A stretch of 64,000 bases of DNA from an uncultured Candidatus Peribacteria bacterium. Lineage in GTDB: Bacteria; Patescibacteriota; Gracilibacteria; BD1-5; UBA6164. A program made the position numbers and the translations under genes. The notes beneath the pieces were generated by a model that did no database searches, was not told the DNA's origin, and was given only the letters and a program-made list of their open reading frames with translations. The first letter of the stretch is position 1, and each line of letters opens with the position of its first letter. The stretch is from positions 128,447-192,446 of the forward strand of contig CAYYDE010000001.1 of NCBI GenBank assembly GCA_964470525.1, given 5' to 3'. Shown piece after piece: positions 38,785 through 48,398 of the stretch.

Positions 38785-39351
38785 ATGTCTCTAAATACTC
38801 CTTCTTTTTGAGAACATGAAAAAATCAATTCTCGCGAAAACATCAATTCCCTTCTCCAAAAAAAAGAACAACAATTCATTCAAAAGTATAAAATTTCAAA
38901 AGAAAAATTAGATTCACTCATTATTTTTAGTACAAAAAATACTACTATAGAACTGAAAGAACAACTTTCTCTCCTTGTAAAAGCTGAGTCACTTGAAACA
39001 AATGATCTCATCACTATACACCAAAATTTTCAAGAAATTTTAAATATTAGAGAACAAGTACAAAATGAAATTGCTTCTCTCAACAAAGAGATTCTCAGAG
39101 AAACTATTGACCAAACTATTACAAAAGAAAATTCTCTGACATGAAAGTTTTTTTCTCCTACATTCTTAACACGTATCAACAATCCTGAAAATATTTTGGA
39201 TGAAATACAAGCTATTCTCTTTACAACATGAGAAAGTCTTGCATGGTGTGGAAAACTTACAAAAGACGTGATAGTCTGACTTATACAATCTCCATCTCAT
39301 ATTTTACAAATCATAAAATGAAAAGCAAAACACGATGGTGTAGAAATTTAA
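38785..39351 (+). CDS. Hypothetical protein (188 aa)
   Basis: ATG 38785, TAA 39349-39351, open with UGA=Gly. No motif recognised. Confidence 0.5.
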
Positions 39352-39380
39352 AAAAATCCTCTTGAAAGAGGATTTTTTTA
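39351..39380. terminator. Bidirectional hairpin terminator
   Basis: atcctct / agaggat stem with loop tgaa and A/T flanks. Confidence 0.7.
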
Positions 39381-41165
39381 TGAGTTTTGTAATAACTTGT
39401 ATAAAAGTACAATAAATTCTTCTCTATTGAGTGCTTGAGTTGGATAAAAATGATTCTCTTGTAATTCAATGAGATTATTATCAAGTGCATATGCAACATA
39501 TTTATATACCCAATCTGTTTGATTTATATCAGCAATTTCATAAATTGTTTCATAATTATCAAGATTGATTCATGAAAGGAGAAGAATTGTTTTTAATGCT
39601 TCTGCTTTTGTAATTTCACGAAATGGATAAAATTTACTATTTTCAGCAGAAAAGATTCAAAGTTCTAATCAAACATTTACATATGTATTTTCCCAAGATT
39701 GAGTTTGAATATCATCAAATTTTGACGATTGCCCTTCAATTGGCGTTTTATCAAATGAAAGAAACATGATTTTAAAAGCTTCTATACGAGTCAATTGATT
39801 ATACGGACGAAATGTAGAATCATGAAATCATTGAATAATATTTTTATCATGAAAATATTTTAATTGTGGTAAAAATTCATAATCTTCTGCAATATCATAA
39901 AATCAAGTTACAGGAAGTGGTTTTTCTATATCTCATATTTTATCTTCTGTATCCAAAACATCTGATTGGAGAGAATTTTCTCTATCCATTTGAGTGTTTT
40001 CTGGAAGAGTTAATTGCTGAATTGCAATACTATCAACCAAATTTAATTGACTTTCTGTTGTAAGTAAAAGGACTTCATTTCGAATAATTTGTTCTTGTAA
40101 AATCTCTGTTTGAGAAAGAGTTGTTTCTTCTGTTTCTGGTTCAGATACAATTTCTTCTTCCAAATCTATTATAGAAGATCATTGAGAATGTTCTTCTATA
40201 ATCGGTTCAACAGATTCTTCAACAAGCATATTACTTTCTATCAAATCCAAAAGATTATTCCCAAGAAATGTGACATCTGTTCATGGTTTTACTTGTGTAA
40301 TTGGATTTTGAGACATATAATTATGTACAAATCTCAAAGGATGAATAGTATGTAAAAGTGCTTCTTGTTTTCATAATCATGTCGTAACTCATCCAAAAAA
40401 ACTCACTCATGCTTCCCTCATTTGTGCTGAAGTGAATGGCCAAAATGGATGAAATGGAGCTGTTTCAACATCAATTTGAAAATGTAAATGAGGAGTTGTT
40501 GCTGTTCCGGTATCTCAAACATTTCCAATAACATCTCATTTTGCTACTTTTACTCATTCTGAAACTCAAATACTATCTAAGTGTGCATAGAGTACATAAA
40601 TATCTTTCTTCTCTCCGTTTTCAAGAGTTAAATTATTATGACGAACTAATATATATTTTCAAAATCCACTCGCCTGATTTCACACTCAAACAACAACACC
40701 ATTTGCAATATTTTTTACTGGAGTTCCACGAGGAGCAATAATATCTATTCCTGGATGACTTCCTGCATATTCTCTATAATCAAGTTCATAGGTTCATAAA
40801 TATGGAACTGTATAAATAATTCTTTGTGTTAATACTTGTTTGTATTCATCACTCATGGGAGAAAATTGTTCTGGATCTTTTATAAAAATATTTGGATCAT
40901 ATTTTGGAATTTTGATAAATTTTGTAATATCAATATCAACAAATTTTCATTTTCTTTCTTCATAACTTGTTAAAAATGGATCTGGTACAAACTCAATAGG
41001 ATATAGCGTTCCATCAAATGGATCTTGTTGAATATTTTGGTACTGTAAAACAGAACCATATAAAAATGATGATTGAATCGATAACAAATAAAAAAGTCCT
41101 AATAAAAAAGCTATTGAGAGAGAAGTAACATAATATTTTTCTCAAAAATTCCAAACTTGTGACAT
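39378..41165 (-). CDS. M23 (LytM-type) peptidoglycan endopeptidase with three C-terminal SLH domains
   Basis: ATG 41165, TAA 39378-39380 (595 aa). [16 protein letters not shown] and [13 protein letters not shown] are the M23 zinc motifs. The C-terminus has three FxDI..(W)...G(F)...F.P...(L/I)TR.E repeats typical of S-layer-homology domains. Confidence 0.85.
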
Positions 41166-41250
41166 AATTTTTGTTTTTATTTTGTAATATAACTAAGAAT
41201 ATCATATTTTTTATAAAAATACAAAAAAAGCATCATTTTTTGATACTTTT

Positions 41251-42123
41251 TTATTTTTTCTGTGTTATATCTTGTAAATATGAGAAAAATTCATCTTTCA
41301 CTTCATTATTTTTTAAAGCATAATGAACTGTTGCTTTCAAAAAACCTATTTTACTTCCAGTATCAAATCTTTCTCATTCTACTCTCAATCAATAAATATC
41401 TTTTTCTTGTCTCATAAGTTCAAATGCATCTGCTAATCGTAATTCCCCATCCTTTCAAACAGGGGCTTTTTCTAAATACTCAAAAATATCTCATGACAAA
41501 ACATATTTTCAAATTGCTGCATTACGAGATGGAGTTTGTGAAGGATCTGGTTTTTCAAGCATTTTTGAAACACTAAAACTCTTTCAAAAACTTTGTTTTT
41601 CCTCTAAAATACCATAATTTTTTACTGCATTTTCTTCAACTCACATCGTTGCAATCACACAACTTTGTTTTTCATCAAAAGTTTCTACAAGTTGTTGTGC
41701 AGCTGAAACAGGATTATCAATAATATCATCTCAAAATAATACCAAAAATGGTTCATCTCCTATTAAGTTTTTTGTTCTCAGTATAGCATCTCCATCTCAT
41801 TTTGGATATGGTTGTCTCACATACACAATATTTGCCATTTGATTCAGTCATTTTACGATTTTAAGATAATCAAATTTTCAAGATTTATCCAATCTTTCTT
41901 CAAGTTCTGGATTTGAATCAAAATGATCTTCAATTGCACGTTTACTTCTTCCTGTCACAATAATAATATCACTACATCCTGCACTAATTGCTTCTTCAAC
42001 CAAAATTTGCATTACTGGTTTATCTAAAATAGGAAACATTTCTTTAGGCAAAGCTTTCGTTGCTGGAAGAAATCTCGTCCCAAATCCAGCTGCTGGAATC
42101 ACACATTTTGTAATTTTTCTCAT
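41251..42123 (-). CDS. galU: UTP--glucose-1-phosphate uridylyltransferase
   Basis: ATG 42123, TAA 41251-41253 (290 aa). Carries [24 protein letters not shown]. Confidence 0.92.
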
Positions 42124-42182
42124 AAAAGTAAAAAAAAGTATAAACTTTCTTATTTATACCTTTTTTTTATTTTTTTTCAAAC

Positions 42183-43259
42183 TTAATTACAAACATATTC
42201 ATTTAAACGAAAAGGACACACAATATTTCTTCCTCATTTTTCAATTTTTTCACAAAATCTTCCTGTAATTTCTTCTCATCAAGCTGAAGTTTTTTGTGTA
42301 TGATATTGAAATGTTTCTATAATAAAATTTTCACTTTTATCATTTTTTAAATGATATTGATACTTCACACAATATTTTCATTCATCTACTTTTTTGAGTT
42401 CAATAATTTCATGTCAAGATGTCGTTTTTTCCCAAAAATTCGCAAATCCAGAAACACTTTTTGAAAATGCATTACATGATTTTTTTTGTAAAAGAGAACA
42501 ACTTTCATGATACAATCAAGCATTTCAGAGAGTAAAATATGCCTCTATCAAATCTGTATCATCAAGTTTTTGAGTAAAATCTGTTCTGGGATTTATAGAA
42601 GAAGAAATATTTCACATAAATTTCCCCCCTCATGCATCAATATAATTTTGTAAATGATTTTGAGAAATCATTGTCTCTTGTTGTTCTGGAGTTGGGTGTG
42701 TTTGAGCATCCAAAGATATATATTTTTCTTCCAACACTTGTATTTCCTGTTTTGGAAGAAATTCTTTTGGAACAAAAAATTGGTTTTCAGGAGTATCAAA
42801 AAAATGAAAAATCTTTGACACATACAATAGAGTCCCAAAAAATACTATCAAAATTCCCACTAAAAACATTACTTCTCCTGTAAAAAATTTATTCTTTTTG
42901 CTTCTGATATCTGTGACTTTTTGTGTCGCAATTTTTGAATTTAAATACAATTGCTCCAAATATTTTTTTAATTCTTGTACTTCTGACTTTCTCCCATCAC
43001 AAAATTTCAACAAAATATAACATCATCCTCGAGTGATGAGATAATCTCTTGAAGGTCTTCATCCTGTGGTCTTTTTTTCCTCTGGGAAAAAATTCTCATT
43101 CTTTTTTTCATCAGCCAACGAATCCATTGCTCTTTGAATTGCTCATTCAAATCTCTCCCATTTATTGTATCAAAAAGCTTTCATCATGATTCTTGCACGA
43201 AAAAGTTTTTCTCAGTGATTTTCTTCCAAAGCTGATTCAAAAATTGAAATAATATCCAT
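42183..43259 (-). CDS. DinD/BRO-N-like N-terminal domain fused to a TM segment and a Cys-rich C-terminal domain
   Basis: ATG 43259, TAA 42183-42185 (358 aa). The N-terminus LFRARIMMKAFGYNKWERFEGAIQRAMDS...GGRPSRDYLITRGGCYILLKFCDGRKSEV follows the DinD pattern (GY.kW.nF..I.rA ... RP..DY.L.R.ACY). A TM FLVGILIVFFGTLLYV follows, then a C-terminal domain with 7 Cys. Confidence 0.55.
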
Positions 43260-43260
43260 A

Positions 43261-43301
43261 TAAAAAAGGTTATAAATATTTCTCTATTTATAACCTTTTT
43301 A
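43261..43301. terminator. Hairpin terminator downstream of recJ
   Basis: aaggttataaata / tatttataacctt 13-bp stem with A/T flanks. Confidence 0.65.
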
Positions 43302-43317
43302 TCATTTTTTTCAAATT

Positions 43318-44961
43318 CTATGATATTGCAATATCTATTATTTTAGCTGTAATACTACTTTTTCCCATCCAAGTATTTTCACTTATATCAAAAACAATAT
43401 CAAAATTTTTATGTTTTTTGAGTTCTTCATAGTATTCGCCCCAGAAAAATCCAACTATTTTTATCCCATATTTATTTTTGAGAGTAATATGCTCTTTTGT
43501 ACTTCCCATCCACTCAATCGTATCAATTTCAAAATTATGAAACACAAAAGTTGGTTTTGGATTTCACATTCCAAATGGACGAAAATCAAGTGTTGTGCGA
43601 TATAATTGAAGTCAAAATTCTTCAAATGATATGACTTTATCAACCAAAATAGTCTTTTGAAATCATGAAAAATCTATTTGATTCAACTCTTGTGTGAGAA
43701 GTGTTTTAAAGTTTTCAAAATTTTCTTTTGCAATACTAAACCCAGCTGCTTGTTTATGTCAACCGAAATGAAGAAAATGACTTTTATATTTCTCTAAAAT
43801 TTCAATAATAGAAAAATATTCTGGACTTCTACAACTGGCAACGAGTTTTTCTCATTCATCTTTGAGAACAATCGATGGTTTATGAAATTGTTCTGTCAAT
43901 CTTCCTGCAACAATTCCAATAATTCAATGTTCAATTTTATCACTATCGTAAAAAATAATATTGTTTTTCCCATCTACTTTTTCCAAAGCATCTTGTGTAA
44001 AAAGTTTGGTAAGTTCTTTTCTTTTATTATTGATATCCTCAATTTCTTGTAAAATTTCATCTATTTTTTCCCCATTATTCAAGAGAAGATTTACAGCTTT
44101 ATATGGAGTATCAAGCCTTCATGCTGCATTGAGTCTTGGTCCAATTAAAAAACCAAACACATCAGCATCAAGATCTTCATGAATTTTTTCTTCAATCAAT
44201 TTACGAATCCCTATTGAACGACTCTTTTTGAGTTGTTTTAAACCTGATGTTACGATAATTCTATTTTCTCAAATCAAAGGCATACAATCTGCAACTGTTC
44301 CAATTGCTGCAATATCAATGCTTTCTTCTAAATATTTCTTATAATTTTCTTCATCAAAATATTCTCTTGCTAAAGCCATCATGAGCTTAAATGCTACTCA
44401 TGCTCCAGCGAGATGTTTAAATGGATATTCACAATCTTTTCTTTTTGGATTGATAATTGCAACAGCTTCTTCTGGAATAATTTCAGGAACTGCATGGTGA
44501 TCTGTCACAATTACATCAATTCACAAAGTTTTTGCGTGTTTTATAACATCAATATCACGAGTTCCACAATCAACAGTAATCACAAGACTTACTCCAATTT
44601 GAGCTAATTCATCCATAAAATATGATTTCATCCCATATCAATCATTGATACGGTGAGGCAAACGATAACTGATTTGCATCCCAATTTTTTTGAAAAAATG
44701 CATCAAAATAGACGTACTTGTCACCCCATCCACATCATAATCTCAAAAAATAATTACTCTTTCATTATTTTTATGAGCAATTTTTATGCGCTCAACGGCT
44801 TCTTTCATCCCAGAAAGTAAATACGGATCATGAAGATCTTGAAGTGTTTTTTGAAGATCATTTTCCTCAAATCTTTTACTGAGAATTTCTGTGATAGTTT
44901 GATATTGAGATTCTGTGTCGTATTGTATTTTATTTCCTCGTATACTGATTTTTTCTTGCAT
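43318..44961 (-). CDS. recJ: Single-stranded-DNA-specific exonuclease RecJ
   Basis: ATG 44961, TAG 43318-43320 (547 aa). DHH motifs IIFGDYDVDG, VITVDCG and IVTDHH, and DHHA1 motif FGGHKQAAG. Confidence 0.92.
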
Positions 44962-45044
44962 ATATTGGTCTAAAAAATTATTTTTCTGTTGAAATTCATT
45001 ATAAAAAAGAGAGAGATTTTTGCAAGAGGAAATATTTTTTGCTG

Positions 45045-45071
45045 TATTTATGGTTCGGGATGTAGGATTCG
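45045..45071. repeat. 27-nt exact direct repeat, identical to 45231-45257 (3' end of tRNA-Gln plus 6 nt of flank)
   Basis: tatttatggttcgggatgtaggattcg occurs twice, 186 nt apart. The flanking bases differ on both sides. Confidence 0.95.
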
Positions 45072-45177
45072 TCGCAAGTCGGACATCCGAAAGATAAACT
45101 ATTGAAATCTATTATTATTTTGCTCTTATTCATCGCAAAAAATAATGTTTTCAATGTTTCCTTTTCTCCTTTCGAAT
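45051..45177 (-). pseudogene. Degenerate tRNA-Gln-derived element (tRNA-like remnant)
   Basis: The minus strand keeps GGGATTCG (5' acceptor), TCGGA-tg-TCCGA (anticodon stem with the loop deleted) and GAATCCTACATCCCGAACCA (T-loop, 3' acceptor, CCA). It lacks a D-arm and the 5' T-stem and carries about 90 nt of AT-rich insert. Confidence 0.45.
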
Positions 45178-45236
45178 CCCTGAAGTTTTTTTATTATTTG
45201 AGATATCGTGATTTTAAAAATTTTTTTTTATATTTA

Positions 45237-45310
45237 TGGTTCGGGATGTAGGATTCGAACCTACGATATCGGATTCAGAGTCCGATGCCTTACCACTTGG
45301 CGAATCCCGA
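45237..45310 (-). tRNA. tRNA-Gln (anticodon CTG), CCA encoded
   Basis: Minus strand TCGGGATTCGCCAAGTGGTAAGGCATCGGACTCTGAATCCGATATCGTAGGTTCGAATCCTACATCCCGAACCA. It forms a full cloverleaf with anticodon loop CTCTGAA. Confidence 0.9.
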
Positions 45311-45395
45311 GAAAAATTTGATATTATTTTATAGAAAAATAAAAAAAAGTAAAAATCTTTATTGAAAATTTTAGAAAAGAGTGAATTTTAGAAAA

Positions 45396-45423
45396 AGAAA
45401 AAACCAGCTGAAGCTGGTTTTTA
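45396..45423. terminator. Hairpin terminator downstream of the 76-aa ORF
   Basis: aaccagc / gctggtt stem with loop tgaa and A/T flanks. Confidence 0.6.
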
Positions 45424-45432
45424 AACGTAGTA

Positions 45433-45663
45433 CTATTCCACCCATCCGATATCTTTGAGAATGAAATAATCACTTTCTCCAGTGTATTTCGGAAGATGTT
45501 CTCCAGAGGCTATATTTGACCAATTTTTTTTATCAGCCCACCGTCTGATTCCTGTTGCATTTTTATCATAATACAATTCTCTATCAAAAAAATGAAACTT
45601 TAGATGGGTTATATGTACCAAATCGTGCCATAACCTTTTCCCCTTTTTATCTAAAAAAATCAT
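45433..45663 (-). CDS. Hypothetical 76-aa protein, no UGA codons
   Basis: ORF intact in the standard code (track ORF MIFLDKKGKRLWHDLVHITHLKF...), ending in TAG and followed by a terminator. Trp is encoded by TGG. No family recognised. Confidence 0.4.
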   Translation of the reverse strand: MIFLDKKGKRLWHDLVHITHLKFHFFDRELYYDKNATGIRRWADKKNWSNIASGEHLPKYTGESDYFILKDIGWVE

Positions 45664-45708
45664 TGGCAGAGATATTATATCATACTTTTATAATTTTTAC
45701 AAAAAAAA

Positions 45709-45736
45709 TTGCTTTTTTATAAAAAATAGTTACTAT
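45709..45736 (+). promoter_or_regulatory. Putative sigma70-type promoter of tRNA-Leu(GAG)
   Basis: TTGCTT (45709-45714), 16-nt spacer, TACTAT (45731-45736). This is the same architecture as upstream of tRNA-Arg. Confidence 0.4.
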
Positions 45737-45769
45737 ACTGCCCGTACTTCCGATAAGTATGAATATTTT

Positions 45770-45853
45770 GCTCGGGTGGTGGAATGGTAGACACGTACGC
45801 TTGAGGTGCGTATGCCGAAAGGTGTGTGGGTTCAAGTCCCATCTCGAGCACCA
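45770..45853 (+). tRNA. tRNA-Leu (anticodon GAG), class II, CCA encoded
   Basis: GCTCGGGTGGTGGAATGGTAGACACGTACGCTTGAGGTGCGTATGCCGAAAGGTGTGTGGGTTCAAGTCCCATCTCGAGCACCA. Anticodon loop TTGAGGT with a long variable arm. Confidence 0.92.
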
Positions 45854-45864
45854 TTTGAAGATTT

Positions 45865-45900
45865 AAAAAACTCTTTTCAGATTTTGAAAAGAGTTTTTTT
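45865..45900 (+). terminator. Rho-independent terminator after tRNA-Leu(GAG)
   Basis: aactcttttc / gaaaagagtt stem, then TTTTTTT. Confidence 0.7.
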
Positions 45901-45936
45901 ATTGCAAAAAACACAAAGTTTCATATACTAAAAAAT

Positions 45937-46100
45937 GCTAAAATATTACATCTGAAAAATTACGTAAGTAGTTTAATTTAACGTTAGGAAAGGGTAACTT
46001 AGGTTACTCACCCTTTTTGTTGATGTTAAATTAAACAAAATGTAATGTTTTAGCGAACACAAGAGGACTTAAGTTACCCTTTTTTGTTTGCTAAAATTTT
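45937..46100 (+). ncRNA. Candidate structured RNA / attenuator-like leader built from nested inverted repeats
   Basis: Outer arms are 45937-45951 and 46040-54 (15 bp, one G-U). Inner arms are 45971-45982 and 46025-36 (12 bp). The apical hairpin is aaagggtaac..gttac..cccttt. The segment 45990-46003 can alternatively pair with 46068-46081, which is followed by a T-run. Confidence 0.35.
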
Positions 46101-46146
46101 GAGATATAATAATATTTTAGAGTATTTATATTTTAATTATTCGATT

Positions 46147-46488
46147 ATGAGAAATAAACAATTTACTTTATGAGTAATACTTTCATTAAGTCTAATTATA
46201 GTCTGGTTAATTTGAACAATAATAAATTTTACTTTGTTAATTTACGATGTAATTCCCGAATATAAAAGTCAAATCAATATAATATTTACTTTTTGTTATT
46301 TATTATCAATAGTTTTTTTAACTCCCTATGGAGTATATTTAATTATTAAAAGCAAAAAATCAAATTCTAAAGAAAATACTCAAGAAAGACTAGATGATAA
46401 TCAAAATAACAAAATTACTAATCTTGAAAATTTATTATGATATTGAAGAATCAATAAAAAATTTCATTGAAATTTTATGATAAAATAA
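46147..46488 (+). CDS. Hypothetical small membrane protein (113 aa)
   Basis: ATG 46147, TAA 46486-46488. Two hydrophobic segments (GVILSLSLIIVWLIGTIINFTLLIY, IIFTFCYLLSIVFLTPYGVYLII). Fragment 46234-46440 is in the same frame. Confidence 0.5.
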
Positions 46489-46749
46489 ATAAAAATCCCT
46501 CCATGCAAACAACCATCTTCACAGGCTCAATACTCAACTCTCCCTCAAACACCTACCTTATCTCCATTTGAGAAGATAGGGTTTTAAAATGAGCTGTAGC
46601 AAAATTGGTTTTAGAAACTTTTTTGACAAGAAATACGAGAAATCTAACTTCTTGCATTAAAAGAATATTTTGCTAAGCATCAAAATTCTTGTGTACAAAA
46701 AATATTTTTAGTCAATTATGACAGAAAAATATTTGTATAATTTTTATCA

Positions 46750-46783
46750 AAAAAAGTTCAAGAATAAATCTTGAACTTTTTTT
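46750..46783. terminator. Strong bidirectional hairpin terminator
   Basis: aaaagttcaag / cttgaactttt stem with loop aataaat and flanking A and T runs. Confidence 0.7.
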
Positions 46784-46785
46784 AT

Positions 46786-46962
46786 GTTCCCTTCTCCTTC
46801 AAGAGAGGGGTTAGGGGTGAGGTATTCACGTTTCTAAATCCCTCCCCCTTCGGGTACTCCCTTTTAAAAAAGGGAGATAATTTTTATGAATTATTTACAA
46901 TATATCTACCAAAACCTGTCCCCCTTTTTTTAAAAGGGGGTGGTCGAAGACCGGGGGATTTC
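46786..46962. ncRNA. Candidate structured ncRNA: G+C-rich multi-hairpin island between the hisS stop and the terminator
   Basis: Hairpins lie at 46789-46810, 46857-46876, 46920-46940 and 46942-46952. A closing helix pairs aaatccc (46836-42) with gggattt (46955-61). Runs of C5/G5 stand out in an otherwise AT-rich genome. No known RNA family motif was recognised. Confidence 0.35.
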
Positions 46963-46963
46963 T

Positions 46964-48280
46964 TTATCTCCCCAAATACTTCACTAACTCTTCAATTTTC
47001 ACATTTTCTTGTGTTCTCTCTGACATATTTTTTACGATTACTTCTCATTTTATTTCCTCATCTCATCCAGCAAAAATTGCAAATGAAATATTTTTACTTT
47101 CAGCATACGTAAACTGCTTTGGAAGTTTTTCATCATTAAAATACACATCCGTTTTATATCAAGATTTTCTTAAAATATTTGCAACTTTTTGCATATATTC
47201 CATATTGCTTCATGGAGCATTGAGTATAATTACTTCACTCAGTGGAAGAATTTTTTCAATATTTTCAGATTCGAGTAATGCCAAAAGCCTTGAGAGTCCG
47301 ATAGATCCACCAACTCACAAATAATTCACTGGTCAAGATTTTCCGTTATTTGCCAATTTTTTGATACTGTCAACGAGATTGTCATATCTTCCTCCACTAC
47401 ATACACTTCAAAAATCCATTTTTCCTTCAATAAATGTTTCAAAAACGGTTCCTGTGTAATAATCCAATCATCTCGTGATATATGGATCAAATGCAACATT
47501 TACTCCGTTATTTTTAAGAGAAAAATATACTTGCTTGATTTCTTGTACTCCTGGTCAAAAAAATGCATCATTTTCATCAAGATGTTCTAGAGAAGTTGAG
47601 AGAATATTTTTTATTTCTTGAGAATTATTTCAGGAAATTTCAATTAAGATTTCTTCAAATTTCTCTGCTGGAAGTTTATAATAATCATCAAGAAGTTTGA
47701 AAAATTTTAATGTTTTTTCATTATCAAATCCAAATTTTTCACAAATTCATGCAATAAATTTTTTATTATTCATATGAACTTTGGCTTTTTTTTCAAATCA
47801 TAAAAATGTAAAAATTTCTGCAATAGAAAAATAGAGTGCTGAGATAATTTCACTATCATATTCTAGTGGAACTTTTGGACCAATCACATCAATATCACAT
47901 TGAGTAAATTCTTTGAATCTTCCCTTTTGTTGTCTTTCTCCTCTCCAAACTTTTTGAATTTGATAGCGTTTAAATGGAAACTTTAACTCACTTTCTCTAT
48001 CAACCACATAACGTGCAAAAGGCACCGTTAAATCAAAATGGAGAGAAAAATTTTTTAAATCTTCTCATCCTTGTTTAAGTCCATAGAGTCAAAAAATTTG
48101 ATTTCCCACTTCATCTCATCATTTTGAAGTTAAAACGGAAGTCAATTCAACCGCTGGAGTTTCAATATTTGCAAATCCGTATATTTCATAATTTTTACGA
48201 ATAATTTCTTTCATTCTATTTTCAATAACTTGTTGCGTTGGAGAAAACTCTTGAAATCATCCTGGAAGTAATTTTGCCAT
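46964..48280 (-). CDS. hisS: Histidine--tRNA ligase
   Basis: ATG 48280, TAA 46964-46966 (438 aa). [32 protein letters not shown] is class II motif 2, and GGRYDNLV is motif 3. An anticodon-binding domain is present. Confidence 0.92.
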
Positions 48281-48353
48281 AATACATAATAATTAAGATA
48301 TTTTATTCATAATATAAAACTATCCTTTAAAATCAAGTATTTTTAAATATTTA

Positions 48354-48381
48354 TTGCTTTTTTTTATTTTTTTTATACAAT
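48354..48381 (+). promoter_or_regulatory. Putative sigma70-type promoter of tRNA-Arg
   Basis: TTGCTT (48354-48359), 16-nt spacer, TACAAT (48376-48381). It lies 18 nt before the tRNA 5' end. Confidence 0.4.
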
Positions 48382-48398
48382 GTGTGAGCAAAATTTTA

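Noticed and set aside
46771-47112. 113-aa + strand ORF across the GC-rich island.
   Set aside because: Its second half is antisense to the hisS C-terminus. Its first half is made of palindromic hairpins (Pro/Gly/Phe runs from C5/G5/T-runs). An RNA-structure explanation fits better.
48281-48398. T-box or other leader upstream of hisS.
   Set aside because: The spacer is about 118 nt and largely occupied by the divergent tRNA-Arg promoter. No specifier-loop or T-box sequence was seen.
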